From Amphiscolops sp. MND2022 (lineage: Eukaryota): a DNA stretch of 64,000 bases. Both the position numbers and the translations under genes were made by a program. Positions 63,051 through 64,000 of the stretch are shown here, piece after piece. The stretch covers positions 40,674,001-40,738,000 of the forward strand of contig OZ076409.1 of NCBI GenBank assembly GCA_964187785.1, in the 5' to 3' direction. Position 1 is the first letter of the stretch; each line of letters starts with the position of its first letter. The notes under the pieces were generated by a model. It had not been told where the DNA came from. It did not search any database and saw nothing but the letters and a program-made list of their open reading frames with translations.

Positions 63051-64000
63051 TCATCTAGCGGAAGGCATAAGAAAGATGTACATGAAAAATGTTTCATTGT
63101 TCCTGTATTTTTTTCAATTGTTATTCTTTGAAGAGTTGTTTTACATTTGTTCCACAGTAGGTGTCCGTTGCATTTGTGCCATGGGTATAAATACCGAAGA
63201 CACTCGTAACATCATCATTGTTTTATAAACAACTCATTATATATTTAAAAAGAGCATCATGATGATAATATTATTCTGAATAACGGGCGGAAAATAACAG
63301 AAAACATGTGCAGAAATCAACTTTGCATGAAGGACCTTTTGTCCTGCGAGGTCAAACACATTTCGAGGAAGTATTGATTTTGAAAGGGGCGAACACCATC
63401 TAATCACTGAATTGGTTTTGAACAATATTACCTGGTCAACAAAACACTGCACTTCGATATTGCATGATCAGACGCTACTTCCAAAAGGAAGGCCTAACTC
63501 GGCCACTTACCAATCCTCGCCGTCCTTTAATTGGCGGTTGGCAGAACGTAGCTTATTTATCGCAATGAAATATCAATGCACTATGAAATTGGGTAAGTAA
63601 AGCACAAGATCAACGCGCCTTCTGATTGGCTAAGAGTCTAAAAAGTCTGGTACGGCTACGGTAAATGAAATGGACAGGTAGGAAGTTGAACGCGTTTCCT
63701 ACCTGCCTGTCAGTAACGTCTAATATTTACGTATATTTTATATAAAATAGTCAAAACTTCAAAAATTCCGATAATTTTTTGTGTTCTGAGTTTACCTCGT
63801 TTCTTTTACTCCTAAACAACGGTGATAGTTCCTGATAGTTCCTGGGATGGCCCTGTGATAATTGTAGGACACGGAGTCTTTTAAGTAGCTTGCTTAATAT
63901 TTCGTCTTTGACTTCTGTGGATGTTCCATTTCTCAGAAAGTTTCAAAAATTGTTCTAAAGTTTCTGTAAAAAAGTCAAAAACTCAAAAAAATTGGCATTT

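Noticed and set aside
63675..63705. 10-bp inverted repeat CAGGTAGGAA/TTCCTACCTG near a CCAAT-like box
   Set aside because: Too short to distinguish from chance, with no linked gene evidence.

Overview
This is AT-rich, repeat-dominated eukaryotic (animal) genomic DNA, not prokaryotic; most entries in the six-frame ORF track are chance ORFs or transposon debris. The only host gene I recognise is a minus-strand synaptotagmin-1-like gene: a transmembrane exon at 3546-3745 and a phase-compatible candidate first coding exon at 19846-20155. Its C2-domain exons presumably lie left of the window. The window also holds three Ty3/gypsy LTR elements with readable tRNA primer-binding sites, a decayed Ty1/copia, and a decayed CR1/L2-type LINE with an SGNH-type ORF1. 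There is a near-intact DD34E Tc1, about ten Helentron-type non-autonomous elements (HINE/DINE-1 architecture), several CCC...GGG fold-back MITEs with 2-bp target duplications, a 1303-bp tandem duplication and long perfect palindromes. The most unusual object is an intact, intronless 285-aa ORF at 2139-2996. It fuses an integrase HHCC zinc-binding domain directly to an OTU-like cysteine protease domain with no DDE core, sits beside an LTR, and is antisense to the synaptotagmin intron. All calls come from reading motifs by eye; no searches or alignments were run.
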